Of a stretch of 64,000 bases of DNA, positions 1-9,070 are shown in pieces. The position numbers and the translations under genes were made by a program. Numbering within the stretch: position 1 is the stretch's first letter; every line of letters starts with the position of its first letter. The notes beneath the pieces were generated by a model, which was not told the DNA's origin, made no database searches, and was given only the letters and a program-made list of their open reading frames with translations. Source of the DNA: an uncultured Bacillota bacterium (GTDB taxonomy: Bacteria > Bacillota > Clostridia > Christensenellales > UBA1242); the NCBI GenBank assembly GCA_948465545.1, contig CAOJXO010000004.1:1139-65138 (forward strand). The letters run 5' to 3'.

Positions 1-939
1 CCAAATAATCTGTTGAGCCTTTTTAATTTCCTCAGCATAAAGTTTAACTGTTTTAGGACCAATATCCATGCCAACCATGCCTTCCGCCAAGTTTTCGGTT
101 ACGATTTTCTTTTGGCGTTTATCATTTTTTCTTACCACAACATGGTCGATAGGAAGCAGGATTTTTTTACCTTTTTCTTGTGCAAGTTGCAACACTTCCT
201 TTGCAACACTTACTGAGTCAAGATAGGTAACAGAGTCACCAACAGTAACCCCATTAGCAAGAAGGAAGGTATATGCCATTGCCCCGCCAATTAAAATTGT
301 ATCCGCTTTATCAATAAAGCGTTTAAGAATTTTAATTTTATCTGGCACTTTTGCACCGCCAATAATAGCAACGAAAGGTCTTTTAGGTTCTTCCATAGCC
401 CCACCAATCACCGATACTTCCTTTTCAGTCAAAAGCCCGATAGCGTTAGGCAGAACACGTGCAAGCCCATAGGTTGAAGCATGTTTTCTATGTGCACAAC
501 CAAAAGCATCATTAACATAAATATCAGCCATACCTGCAAGTTCACGGCAGAAAGCCATATCACATGCACGTTCTTCCTTAAAGAATCGGAAGTTTTCAAG
601 TAAAAGGACGTCTCCATTATTCATAGAGCGGATTCTTTCCCTAACTTCTGGCCCAATCACCTTATTACTGAAATAAACCTTAGAATTAAGTTTTTGCATA
701 AGGATAAGTGACACAGTCCAAAGCGACATACGCACTTCATATCCGTCAGGACGACCAAGGTGTGACATAATTACCACCTTTGCCCCCTGCTTAATTAAAT
801 ATTTAATTGTTGGCAACGCTTCTATTATTCTGGTATAGTCAGTCACCCTTCCAAGAGTATCAACAGGGCAATTAAAATCCACCCTAAGAAGTACCACTTT
901 ACCTTTCAGATTAACTAAATCTTTTACTGTACGCTTCAT
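1..939 (-). CDS. pgk: phosphoglycerate kinase (3' end cut by window edge)
   Basis: Absent from the ORF track because it runs off the window. Minus-strand translation from ATG at 939-937 gives MKRTVKDLVNLKGKVVLLRVDFNCPV...VIMSHLGRPDG...LLLENFRFFKEE...NDAFGCAHRKHAS...IGGAKV.DKI, the canonical PGK motifs. AAGGAG RBS sits just upstream. Confidence 0.9.
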   Translation of the reverse strand, partial: MKRTVKDLVNLKGKVVLLRVDFNCPVDTLGRVTDYTRIIEALPTIKYLIKQGAKVVIMSHLGRPDGYEVRMSLWTVSLILMQKLNSKVYFSNKVIGPEVRERIRSMNNGDVLLLENFRFFKEERACDMAFCRELAGMADIYVNDAFGCAHRKHASTYGLARVLPNAIGLLTEKEVSVIGGAMEEPKRPFVAIIGGAKVPDKIKILKRFIDKADTILIGGAMAYTFLLANGVTVGDSVTYLDSVSVAKEVLQLAQEKGKKILLPIDHVVVRKNDKRQKKIVTENLAEGMVGMDIGPKTVKLYAEEIKKAQQIIW

Positions 940-987
940 AACAACTCCTTTTGTTTTAGGATACTATATTTTAATAAAATATCAAAA

Positions 988-1908
988 TTATTTTAATATC
1001 TGCTTCAAGATTTTCAAACTTTCATCTATGCTAGGGCTGGTGGCAATAAGCGGACGGAATTCCCTTGCATTTGGAATATCTGCGGTATACCATAAAAGAT
1101 GTTTACGCATATACAGGGTAAGCCACTCCTCATTATAATATTTTCGTAGGATTTGAATATGCTCTTCTATAACCTTATATATATTGTTAGGTTTTTGCCC
1201 GTTTTTTAAAAGTGAAAATATCCAAGGCTTACCTTGTGCCCCACGACCAATCATAACGCCGTCAACCCCAGTTGCAAGCATTTCTTTGTAACTTTCAGAA
1301 TCTACCACATCACCATTTCCAATTACAGGAATCTTTACTGACGCTTTAAGTTTTGCAATGGCCTCCAAGTTTGCCTTGCCGCTGTACCCCTGCTCCGTCG
1401 TCCTTGCATGCAAGGTTATAAACTTTGCACCGCACTCTTCACACATGCGCCCAAAGTCCACACTTATATCCTTATCATAACCAAGCCTAAACTTTACAGA
1501 CACTGGCCTTGCACTTGCTTTTACACATGACAAAATCACCTCTCTTGCAAGAGGTGGATTTTTCATCAACGCACTTCCTTCGCCGTTTTTAACAATCTTT
1601 GGCGCAGGACAGCCCATATTTATGTCAATAACATCATAATCTTCAAGAAGAGGATTGTTTATTGCTTTTGCCATAACATCAGGCTCATGCCCAAAAATTT
1701 GCCCTACTTTAATCCTTTCTTCGGGTGCAACAACAGCCATAAGTTCAGTTTTCCTAGGATTATGAAGCATAGCACGTGCTGAAAGCATCTCACTCCAAGT
1801 GGCATCTGCACCAAAGTCAGAACAAAGTTTTCTAAAACCTATATCGCTTACGCCTGCCATAGGTGCAAGACAAATGGTTTCTTTAAAATCAAGGTCACCA
1901 ATTTTCAT
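988..1908 (-). CDS. dus: tRNA-dihydrouridine synthase
   Basis: 306-aa ORF with LAPMAGVSD, DINMGCPAPK and HARTTEQGYSG, typical Dus-family FMN TIM-barrel motifs. Confidence 0.85.
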   Translation of the reverse strand: MKIGDLDFKETICLAPMAGVSDIGFRKLCSDFGADATWSEMLSARAMLHNPRKTELMAVVAPEERIKVGQIFGHEPDVMAKAINNPLLEDYDVIDINMGCPAPKIVKNGEGSALMKNPPLAREVILSCVKASARPVSVKFRLGYDKDISVDFGRMCEECGAKFITLHARTTEQGYSGKANLEAIAKLKASVKIPVIGNGDVVDSESYKEMLATGVDGVMIGRGAQGKPWIFSLLKNGQKPNNIYKVIEEHIQILRKYYNEEWLTLYMRKHLLWYTADIPNAREFRPLIATSPSIDESLKILKQILK

Positions 1909-1944
1909 ACACCTATTTTAGCAAATATGGCGTTAAAAAGAAAA

Positions 1945-2217
1945 TTATTTTAAACAATATTTAAAGTTTTTATATCCCTTAAACACGGTAATCTTTTTAG
2001 GCTTTGACATATAAAAACGCTTGGTAACAGGGTTTACACATTTTCTTTCTTTGCGTTCCACCACTTGAAACTTTCCGAAATTACGGATAGAAACTTCATC
2101 TCCCTTTTTAAGCACCTCTGTTATAGTCTTTTGCATTTCAGAAAGCACTTTTTCACACTTGCTTTTTGAAATCTCTGCCCTTTTGGCTAAAATATTGATA
2201 AATTCTGTTTTATTCAT
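1945..2217 (-). CDS. hup: HU-family DNA-binding protein
   Basis: MNKTEFINILAKRAEISKSKCEKVL...IRNFGKFQVVERKERKCVNPVT, an HU/IHF fold signature. I prefer the internal ATG at 2217 over the track start at 2247. It overlaps the stop of the upstream flippase gene by 8 nt. Confidence 0.8.
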   Translation of the reverse strand: MNKTEFINILAKRAEISKSKCEKVLSEMQKTITEVLKKGDEVSIRNFGKFQVVERKERKCVNPVTKRFYMSKPKKITVFKGYKNFKYCLK

Positions 2218-3742
2218 TTTCTTCCTCCCTGCCATGATTTTTGCCAAAAAGTTGCGAATACAAACCTTTTATTATAGGAAAGTTGAGAAAAAGATAAATT
2301 ATACCACCAACAAAAATTGAAATCACGACAACAAGAATTGAAGGAAGTTTTATTGCCTTGATTATAATTTGCACCACCATAAACATAATAAACGCAGATA
2401 AGAGAGGGGTAAAAAAATTAAAAAAGTGAATCTTTATTAAACCACCTAGTTTAACAAGAGCCATAAGGCATATAACTATACATAAAAAGATGTTTGAAAG
2501 CGGAATTGCATAAATGTTTATCGCAGGAATTGACGCAGTAAAAATAACAATCAAAACCTTGACAACACCGCCTAAAAAAGTGGCTAGAAAGGAAAATGTA
2601 TAATAGCCTTTCGCCTGCAAGATTGAAAGCATAAATTGCATAATCGCACTTAGGATTATGCTTAATCCGCCGATATAGGTAAGATTAACCGCTTCTTTTA
2701 AAAATCCATTAATTGCGGTGGGATATATTATCGGATAGATAAGTCTTGCCTCTGCCATAAGTCCAACGGCAAGTGGAAGCAATAAAAACCACATAAGAGA
2801 AAATGAGGTGGATATCGCGTGTTTTTGGGCGGAGAGGTCACCCCTGCTGGATAAATATGATATCTTAGGCAAAATTGCCATTGCAACAGATAGCGATATT
2901 ATAAGTGGAAAATTTAAAATTGCCCCAACAACACCAGTTTGAAGTCCAAAAAGTGAAGTGGCAAGTTCCGCACTTATTCCTGCAAAAGCAAGCCTTGAAA
3001 CGATAATCATAGAGTCTATTGCATGGGTAAGTGGAAGCACTGCCCCGCCAAGAGAAAGTGGAACAACCGCATGTAAAAAAGGCTTTATTACCTCTCCACC
3101 TTGATATGCTGGCAATTTAACCTTCCTCATCATATATAAAAGAAGGTATGCAGCAGCAACCAACTCACTTATTGTAATTCCAATAAAAGCACCAAACACG
3201 CCCCGTTCTGGGCTACCTTTTCCGAGCCAAAAAGCAAAAAATAAACCAAAAGCAAATTTGATAATCTGCTCTAAAATCTGACTGATTGCGGTGGGCGTCA
3301 TATTCTCATAGCCTTGAATAATCCCCCTAAATACACCTATTAACGCCCCTAATGGTAGTAAGATAATAAGAAGTCTATACGAAAAGTAACCCTCTGCGAT
3401 TCCTTGCACGGAAGAGATATTTCTTGCAAGCAGAAAAAAAACTAGTCCTAAAACAACACTAATGCTAATGGTAATATACAGTGCAATGCGTAAAAATCCG
3501 CTTATTTTCTCATAATCCCCCCTAGCACGGGCAGAAGAAACCAGCCTTGAAAGAGATGTCGTCACCCCGCCAGTAACTAAAACCAGCATAAGCGAATAAA
3601 GGGACATCACCATTTGAAATGCCCCAATCCCCTCAATTCCAATGATATTTGTGAGGGGTAAGCGGAAGAAAGCACCAAAAAGTTTGCAGACAAAACCGCT
3701 TACAATTAAGACAAAAGCCCCCTTAACTGCACCATTTTTCAT
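2210..3742 (-). CDS. MOP-superfamily flippase (MurJ/SpoVB-like polysaccharide biosynthesis protein)
   Basis: 510 aa and about 14 hydrophobic helices. The N-terminus GAFVLIVSGFVCKLFGAFFRLPLTNIIGIEGIGAFQMV is typical of the SpoVB/YabM/MurJ-like family. Confidence 0.7.
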   Translation of the reverse strand: MKNGAVKGAFVLIVSGFVCKLFGAFFRLPLTNIIGIEGIGAFQMVMSLYSLMLVLVTGGVTTSLSRLVSSARARGDYEKISGFLRIALYITISISVVLGLVFFLLARNISSVQGIAEGYFSYRLLIILLPLGALIGVFRGIIQGYENMTPTAISQILEQIIKFAFGLFFAFWLGKGSPERGVFGAFIGITISELVAAAYLLLYMMRKVKLPAYQGGEVIKPFLHAVVPLSLGGAVLPLTHAIDSMIIVSRLAFAGISAELATSLFGLQTGVVGAILNFPLIISLSVAMAILPKISYLSSRGDLSAQKHAISTSFSLMWFLLLPLAVGLMAEARLIYPIIYPTAINGFLKEAVNLTYIGGLSIILSAIMQFMLSILQAKGYYTFSFLATFLGGVVKVLIVIFTASIPAINIYAIPLSNIFLCIVICLMALVKLGGLIKIHFFNFFTPLLSAFIMFMVVQIIIKAIKLPSILVVVISIFVGGIIYLFLNFPIIKGLYSQLFGKNHGREEENE

Positions 3743-3874
3743 ACAAATATGGTGCTAATAATTAATATTTTTATGTAAGATAGGCAAAAATATATAAAAT
3801 GAAAAAATATCAAAAAGGGTATTTACATTTTAAAAGTTTTGTGCTATCATATATCCACAAGGAGCGAAAATACT

Positions 3875-4396
3875 ATGGAAAAAAGCAAGTATATTATTCA
3901 AGATAATCCTAATTCAAGACAAACAAGAAGCACTTGGCAGAGAGAAAATGATATGCAAGCATTAACTTGTCTCACATTCTTATATACTGCAGATGGCAAA
4001 ATTGAAAAAACAAGAGTAAAACAAATGATCGACTTTTTTAACGGCAACAAGAAATTGAAACAATGCCCTTTCTCTAAAGATATTCAAGACAGCCTTATTA
4101 AAATAAAAAACAATTGGGCAAGTGTTGAAAAAAATGGCATTATAAAAACAATTCATGATTATGTTAAAAATAGACTTGATACAACTGTAAGCGAAACAAA
4201 TTTTGACAGTATGTTCAAAGCATTTAAAACATACTACACAAGCGACAGGAACTTTAAGTACATTTCTGTTGAAAAATTACTTTCTGATATTGCAAACCAA
4301 AAAGTAGATGAAAATCAAGCAATTGAAGAATTTGAATTCTTCTATCAAGCAGTTGAAAAAGATGCAAGACTTTCAACTGAAGGCGAAGCAGAATAA
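3875..4396 (+). CDS. hypothetical protein (173 aa)
   Basis: ORF with AAGGAG RBS 7 nt before ATG 3875 (the track start 3839 is a TTG extension). No recognisable motif. Followed by a bidirectional terminator. Confidence 0.6.
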   Translation: MEKSKYIIQDNPNSRQTRSTWQRENDMQALTCLTFLYTADGKIEKTRVKQMIDFFNGNKKLKQCPFSKDIQDSLIKIKNNWASVEKNGIIKTIHDYVKNRLDTTVSETNFDSMFKAFKTYYTSDRNFKYISVEKLLSDIANQKVDENQAIEEFEFFYQAVEKDARLSTEGEAE

Positions 4397-4426
4397 AAAA
4401 ATCCCTAAGTTTAGGGATTTTTTTAT
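4395..4426. terminator. bidirectional rho-independent terminator
   Basis: AAAAAA-ATCCCTAAGTTTAGGGAT-TTTTTT hairpin between convergent genes. Confidence 0.8.
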
Positions 4427-5812
4427 TTAAGATTCAAACTCTTCTTCAACAATAACAGTTTCAACAACCTCTGTAACAACAACAGTTTCTCCAACAACTT
4501 CCGTTAAGTCTGTTGTTTCAACCAATATTTCATCAGAATTTTGATTAAGTTCATCGCTCTCAAATGCAGCCTCTCCATCACCAACTATAAAATCTAAAAC
4601 AGAGTCATCAAATGCATCAACTTCATCACTCGTTTCTTCATTAGTAGGCATTTCCCTTGCAGGAGGCTCTGTGGCAAGTGTGCCTGCAATTTTTGTTTTA
4701 GGTGCACCTTTCCCTTCAAGCCCTGCCGACTTATAGGTGGTGACAACATCTCGGGAGTAAGTACTTACAGGTTTCTTTTTGTCATCTTTTTTCTTGTCGT
4801 CCTTCTTTTTATCGTCTTTCTTTTTCTTATCATCCTTCTTCTTGTCAGCCTTTTTCGCTGCTGGTTTCTTTTCGGCAGGCTTACTTGAACCGCCGCCACC
4901 GCTTGGTTTACCTACCTCTACCTCTTCTAATGTCTTAACGTCAACGGCTGTCTTTTTAAGTTTCGCATTATCAATCTTGCGGATAGAATCGGTATATTCC
5001 TTTCTTGGCTTTAAAAGCACTTCTCTATCAAGAGGAATGGCATCAAGCCCACCATTTTTCTCAATAACTTCATCAAGAATCCTATGAAGTTTGGTGTAAG
5101 AACCTTTTTTATTTACATCAAGTTTATTTTTCTCAACCTCTTTTTTATATTGCTCGACAATCTCTTCGCCAACTTTTTCACCTTTTGAAAGCACTTTAAG
5201 CATTCTCATGATATATATTTGAGAGCCTAAATCAGAAACTTCATCTAAAAGAAGTTCTTTATCTAATTGCTCCTGCATTTGCACTGCTAGGAATGGCACA
5301 TCTGTATCTTTCACATTTCTTACTGTTTTTGAAATATTAAAGGCTTCAAAGATTTTATCTTGAAGATTATTATCCACTGGCAGTACCACTTTCGCAACAA
5401 AACTGCGTAGCGATTTAATAGGCGGATAATCTGAAACCGCCTCATTAAGATAAAGTGACGCAGTTGCAATATCATCTTCGGAATACTCAATATCCACAAC
5501 AAAGTTGAATGTCTTTTTCATATACACGGCCATTGCAAGATAATAACTAGGGCAGGTATCTACCTCTTCCTTTGGCATTTTAACGAGGTCACGTTTAACC
5601 CTGTCTTTCAAATTATAGTTACCGCTGTCACTTACACTTCCAACAAGTTTATTTTTAATCAATACTTGTTTTATGTACTCATGATAATAGTCAATTTCAT
5701 CTTGGGAGGTTAAAACACGCTCTTCCCCCCAAACAGAACAACTTTTTTGTTTTACCGCCTGCTCTTGTTCAGCAGTCATCCCTTGAATATGTTTTTTAGA
5801 TTGTCTTACCAT
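4427..5812 (-). CDS. hypothetical protein with K/D charge block and acidic C-terminus
   Basis: Long ORF. GAGGAAAAG RBS precedes the ATG at 5812 (the track start 5830 is TTG). Contains GGGGSSKPAEKKPAAKKADKKKDDKKKKDDKKKDDKKKDDKKK and ends ...ETVVVTEVVETVIVEEEFES. No known domain recognised. Confidence 0.65.
   Translation of the reverse strand: MVRQSKKHIQGMTAEQEQAVKQKSCSVWGEERVLTSQDEIDYYHEYIKQVLIKNKLVGSVSDSGNYNLKDRVKRDLVKMPKEEVDTCPSYYLAMAVYMKKTFNFVVDIEYSEDDIATASLYLNEAVSDYPPIKSLRSFVAKVVLPVDNNLQDKIFEAFNISKTVRNVKDTDVPFLAVQMQEQLDKELLLDEVSDLGSQIYIMRMLKVLSKGEKVGEEIVEQYKKEVEKNKLDVNKKGSYTKLHRILDEVIEKNGGLDAIPLDREVLLKPRKEYTDSIRKIDNAKLKKTAVDVKTLEEVEVGKPSGGGGSSKPAEKKPAAKKADKKKDDKKKKDDKKKDDKKKDDKKKPVSTYSRDVVTTYKSAGLEGKGAPKTKIAGTLATEPPAREMPTNEETSDEVDAFDDSVLDFIVGDGEAAFESDELNQNSDEILVETTDLTEVVGETVVVTEVVETVIVEEEFES
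4778..4852. repeat. imperfect ~15-nt tandem repeats encoding (KKKDD)n
   Basis: Plus strand reads gtcatcttttttctt gtcgtccttcttttt atcgtctttctttttctt atcatccttcttctt gtcagccttttt. It lies inside the 4427-5812 CDS. Confidence 0.6.
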
Positions 5813-5894
5813 ACTCTTTTCCTCTTGCAAGTAGTATACTATATTTTTATTGTTTTAGCAAGCACTATAATATTAATAACAAAATAAAAAGGGC

Positions 5895-6209
5895 TCAAGG
5901 CCCTTCAAGAAAACTTACACAAAATGGTTTTTCCGAAATAGAGTTTACCGTTATTCCGTTAGAAACGCACACTCCATCTTTATTAAACAAACATTTTGCA
6001 TCACATAATATTTTTAAAGTCTTGCTATCACGTTGCGGTGCATATTGTGGAGGATCGCCTTCAAACATATGCTTGGTAACATCCATTTCTGGCTTATCCC
6101 CTTTTTCAAAGGTAGAACATAACACCTTCTTATCAACCTTAATACCTTTGGCCTTGCAAGTATATCTATCATTATATACACACTTAGTTTTGCGACATCT
6201 AATATCCAT
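5895..6209 (-). CDS. DUF1540-like cysteine-rich protein
   Basis: Two copies of a C..C.YN....C.A..I.V....C..F pattern (IRCRKTKCVYNDRYTCKAKGIKV..CSTF and ILCDAKCLFNKDGVCVSNGITV..FCVSF), as in DUF1540 proteins of spore-forming Bacillota. Confidence 0.6.
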   Translation of the reverse strand: MDIRCRKTKCVYNDRYTCKAKGIKVDKKVLCSTFEKGDKPEMDVTKHMFEGDPPQYAPQRDSKTLKILCDAKCLFNKDGVCVSNGITVNSISEKPFCVSFLEGP

Positions 6210-6292
6210 ACCTATCTCCCTATCAGAAATTGTTTCCTTTTGGTTGACTTTTTAAACGCAATTAAAGTAGAATTGTTAAAAGAGGTAAAATA

Positions 6293-6739
6293 ATGAAAGT
6301 AGTATTATTAAAAGATGTTAAAGGCACTGGTAAAAAAGGTGACATCAAAGAAGTTGCTGACGGATATGCAAAAAATTTCTTATTAAAACAAGGGCTTGCC
6401 AAAGAGGCAAATAAAACAGCAATGGCGGAAAATGAATTTCAGAAAAATGCCACTGCTTATCATAAAGAGGTAGAGCGTCAAGAGGCACTTAAACTTGCAA
6501 AGCAGATTGAAGGGAAAGTCGTTAACCTTAAAATAAAATGTGGTGAAAATGGAAAGACTTTTGGTTCTGTAACATCAAAAGAAATCGCAGACGCCATCAA
6601 TAATAGTTTTGGTTTTAATCTTGATAAACGCAAAATTGAATTGAAAGAGCCCCTTAAAACCATTGGTACATACACAATCACCGCAAAGGTTTATCCAGAG
6701 ATATCAGCGAAATTCACGCTAAACATTATATCACAATAG
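6293..6739 (+). CDS. rplI: 50S ribosomal protein L9
   Basis: [30 protein letters not shown], the canonical L9 N-terminus; 148 aa. Confidence 0.9.
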   Translation: MKVVLLKDVKGTGKKGDIKEVADGYAKNFLLKQGLAKEANKTAMAENEFQKNATAYHKEVERQEALKLAKQIEGKVVNLKIKCGENGKTFGSVTSKEIADAINNSFGFNLDKRKIELKEPLKTIGTYTITAKVYPEISAKFTLNIISQ

Positions 6740-6756
6740 CAAAAGGAGCAAAAAAT

Positions 6757-7881
6757 ATGAGGGCACTTATATTTACCATGACCTGCGGAGAAGGCCATAA
6801 TATGATGGCAAAATCTCTTGCAGGTCAGTTTGAAAATAAAGGCGTAGAAACTAAAATCATACAAGTGTTTGGTTATGATGAAAAGAAAGTGGTAAATGAA
6901 AACAAATCATTTCTTTGGGCTTGCAAACATATTCCTCATATTTATGATTATATATGGACAAAACTTTGCAAAAAAACCAGCAAAGATGTTTCAAAAAGAT
7001 TAAAAGAAGCAATCCCTTATATGCTTGAAAATATCGAAGAGTTCAAGCCAGACATAATCGTCTGCACTCACCTTTATGCAAGCAACAATATTACTTATAT
7101 GCGAAAACATAACATGATAGATAAAAACATACTTGTAGGAACAATCTTACAAGACTTTTGTCTTTGCCCTTATTGGGAACTTTCAACAGGTGTTGACTAT
7201 GTTTTCCAACCTTATGAAAATACAACTGACGACCTTTTGAATAAAGGATTTAAACGTGAGCAGATTATAACCACTGGACTTCCTATTCGTGCCGAATTTG
7301 CCGACATAATCGGGGGGGGGAATAAACATGATGATTTACGACTCCACTTAAACCTTCCAGACAAATTCACGATTCTTATCGTAGGCGGTGGGAATGGGCT
7401 TGGCAACACCCTAAAACTTTTAAAAAGTATTCTCAAAAAGAATTTGGATATCACAATTGTAATAATTAATGGTAAAAACAAAAAGAATTACGATAAAATT
7501 CAGAAATACATTGAAAAACACAATATTTCAAATGTTGTGAACCTTGGTTTTGTTAATAACATTATTGAGTATATGTCTTGCGTTGACGCAACAATTACAA
7601 GATGCGGAAGTAGCGTAATAAGCGAAACACTAACAAGAGGAAAACCTTTTATCACCCGTGAAAAGATGATTCTAAATGAAAAAATCACAAAGAAAATTTT
7701 TATAGATGAAGGTTGCTCATTAGGACTCAATAAAATTACAGACGCTGGGGATAAAGTGGAAGAACTGTTAAACAATCCTGAACTTTACAAATCAATGTGT
7801 GAGAATATTAAAAAATTTGCACGACCTAATGCCTCTAAAGATATCGTTGAATTTTTGATAAAAGGAGTAAAAAACAAATAA
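6757..7881 (+). CDS. MGDG-synthase-like (GT28) diacylglycerol glycosyltransferase
   Basis: N-terminal ALIFTMTCGEGHNMMAKSLA and the central ILIVGGGNGLG resemble the UgtP/MGDG synthase family. Contains the G9 tract at 7312-7320. Confidence 0.7.
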   Translation: MRALIFTMTCGEGHNMMAKSLAGQFENKGVETKIIQVFGYDEKKVVNENKSFLWACKHIPHIYDYIWTKLCKKTSKDVSKRLKEAIPYMLENIEEFKPDIIVCTHLYASNNITYMRKHNMIDKNILVGTILQDFCLCPYWELSTGVDYVFQPYENTTDDLLNKGFKREQIITTGLPIRAEFADIIGGGNKHDDLRLHLNLPDKFTILIVGGGNGLGNTLKLLKSILKKNLDITIVIINGKNKKNYDKIQKYIEKHNISNVVNLGFVNNIIEYMSCVDATITRCGSSVISETLTRGKPFITREKMILNEKITKKIFIDEGCSLGLNKITDAGDKVEELLNNPELYKSMCENIKKFARPNASKDIVEFLIKGVKNK

Positions 7882-7896
7882 AATGAGGAAAATTCA

Positions 7897-9042
7897 ATGC
7901 AAAAACTTAAAATCGCTGTTTTTACTGACAGCTTTTTCCCTGCTAGTGGAGGCACAGAGCAGGCAACTTATAACCTGTGTAAAAACCTAAAAGAACTAGG
8001 ACATGAGATACTATTATTCGCTCCAGACTATCATAGAGCACAAGATTTCAATGAGTTTGAAGTTATAAGAATTAAAAGCATAAAACTCAGCAAAAATGAT
8101 ATGGCCGTTTTATGCAAACTTGAATATAAAAAAATATTAAAAATATCCAAAAATTTCAACCCAGATATTATCTACTATTGCACCGCGTCAGGAATGGCAA
8201 AATGTGCTATAAAGGTTGCAAAAAAACTAAATAAGCCTATTGTTGCAACAATACATACTAAATTTAAAGAAGCATTCTATAATTCAAGCCATAGTAAATT
8301 AATAACAAACCTTCTAATTGGATCATTAGTTAGAAAACTTAATCGTACAAACAAAATTATCACTGTATCTAATGATATGGCAAATCAATTACATGAATAT
8401 GGATATAAGAAAGAAGTCCTTGTTATTAAAAATGGAACTGACCATATTAAGAGTTTATCCAAAACTACAAATGTAAACAAAAATCCAAATATATTCACCT
8501 TTTTGTTTTGTGGTCATATTATTAAAATTAAAAACATTCAATTTTCAATTAAAAGTCTTGGAATCTTGAAAAAAGAATTAGGGTTTTACAATTTTAAATT
8601 CTACATAGTTGGCGAAGGCAATTATAAGAAAAAATTAGAAAAACTTATTAAAAAAGAAAATCTATATGACAATGTGATTTTTACTGGTTTTATTTCAGAT
8701 AGAATTGAAATTAGCAAAATTTACTCCAAAGCAGATTTATTTCTATTCCCATCTATATTTGACACTGATGGACTTGTAATATGTGAAGCAGCAAGCGCTG
8801 GCACACCTACATTAACAATAAACGGTTATGGTGCAAGCGAACGAATAACTGACAATAAAAATGGCTTTCTATCAAATTATAATGTAAAAGATTTTTCAAA
8901 TAGAATTTATCAAATAATACAAGACAAAACACTTTATAATAATGTTTGTCAAAATGTACACACAATTTATGGGGAAGGCTGGAAGCAAGTTGCAGAAAAA
9001 TATGAAAGACTATTTATAGACCTAATTAAAAACAAACAATAA
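7897..9042 (+). CDS. GT4-family glycosyltransferase (glycolipid synthase-like)
   Basis: KIAVFTDSFFPASGGTEQATYNL N-terminus and the C-terminal PSIFDTDGLVICEAASAGTPT (E-x7-E-like GT4 motif). Confidence 0.7.
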   Translation: MQKLKIAVFTDSFFPASGGTEQATYNLCKNLKELGHEILLFAPDYHRAQDFNEFEVIRIKSIKLSKNDMAVLCKLEYKKILKISKNFNPDIIYYCTASGMAKCAIKVAKKLNKPIVATIHTKFKEAFYNSSHSKLITNLLIGSLVRKLNRTNKIITVSNDMANQLHEYGYKKEVLVIKNGTDHIKSLSKTTNVNKNPNIFTFLFCGHIIKIKNIQFSIKSLGILKKELGFYNFKFYIVGEGNYKKKLEKLIKKENLYDNVIFTGFISDRIEISKIYSKADLFLFPSIFDTDGLVICEAASAGTPTLTINGYGASERITDNKNGFLSNYNVKDFSNRIYQIIQDKTLYNNVCQNVHTIYGEGWKQVAEKYERLFIDLIKNKQ

Positions 9043-9065
9043 AAAAGTGGCATCGCCACTTTTTT
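9041..9065. terminator. bidirectional terminator
   Basis: AAAAA-AGTGGC-ATC-GCCACT-TTTTT between the convergent GT4 gene and prfA. Confidence 0.75.
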
Positions 9066-9070
9066 ATTGT

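Noticed and set aside
4779-5087. 102-aa plus-strand ORF (MSSFFLSSFFLSS...)
   Set aside because: It is the antisense shadow of the (KKKDD)n repeat region of the 4427-5812 gene. Its low-complexity S/F sequence is the mirror of K/D codons, and it has no RBS.
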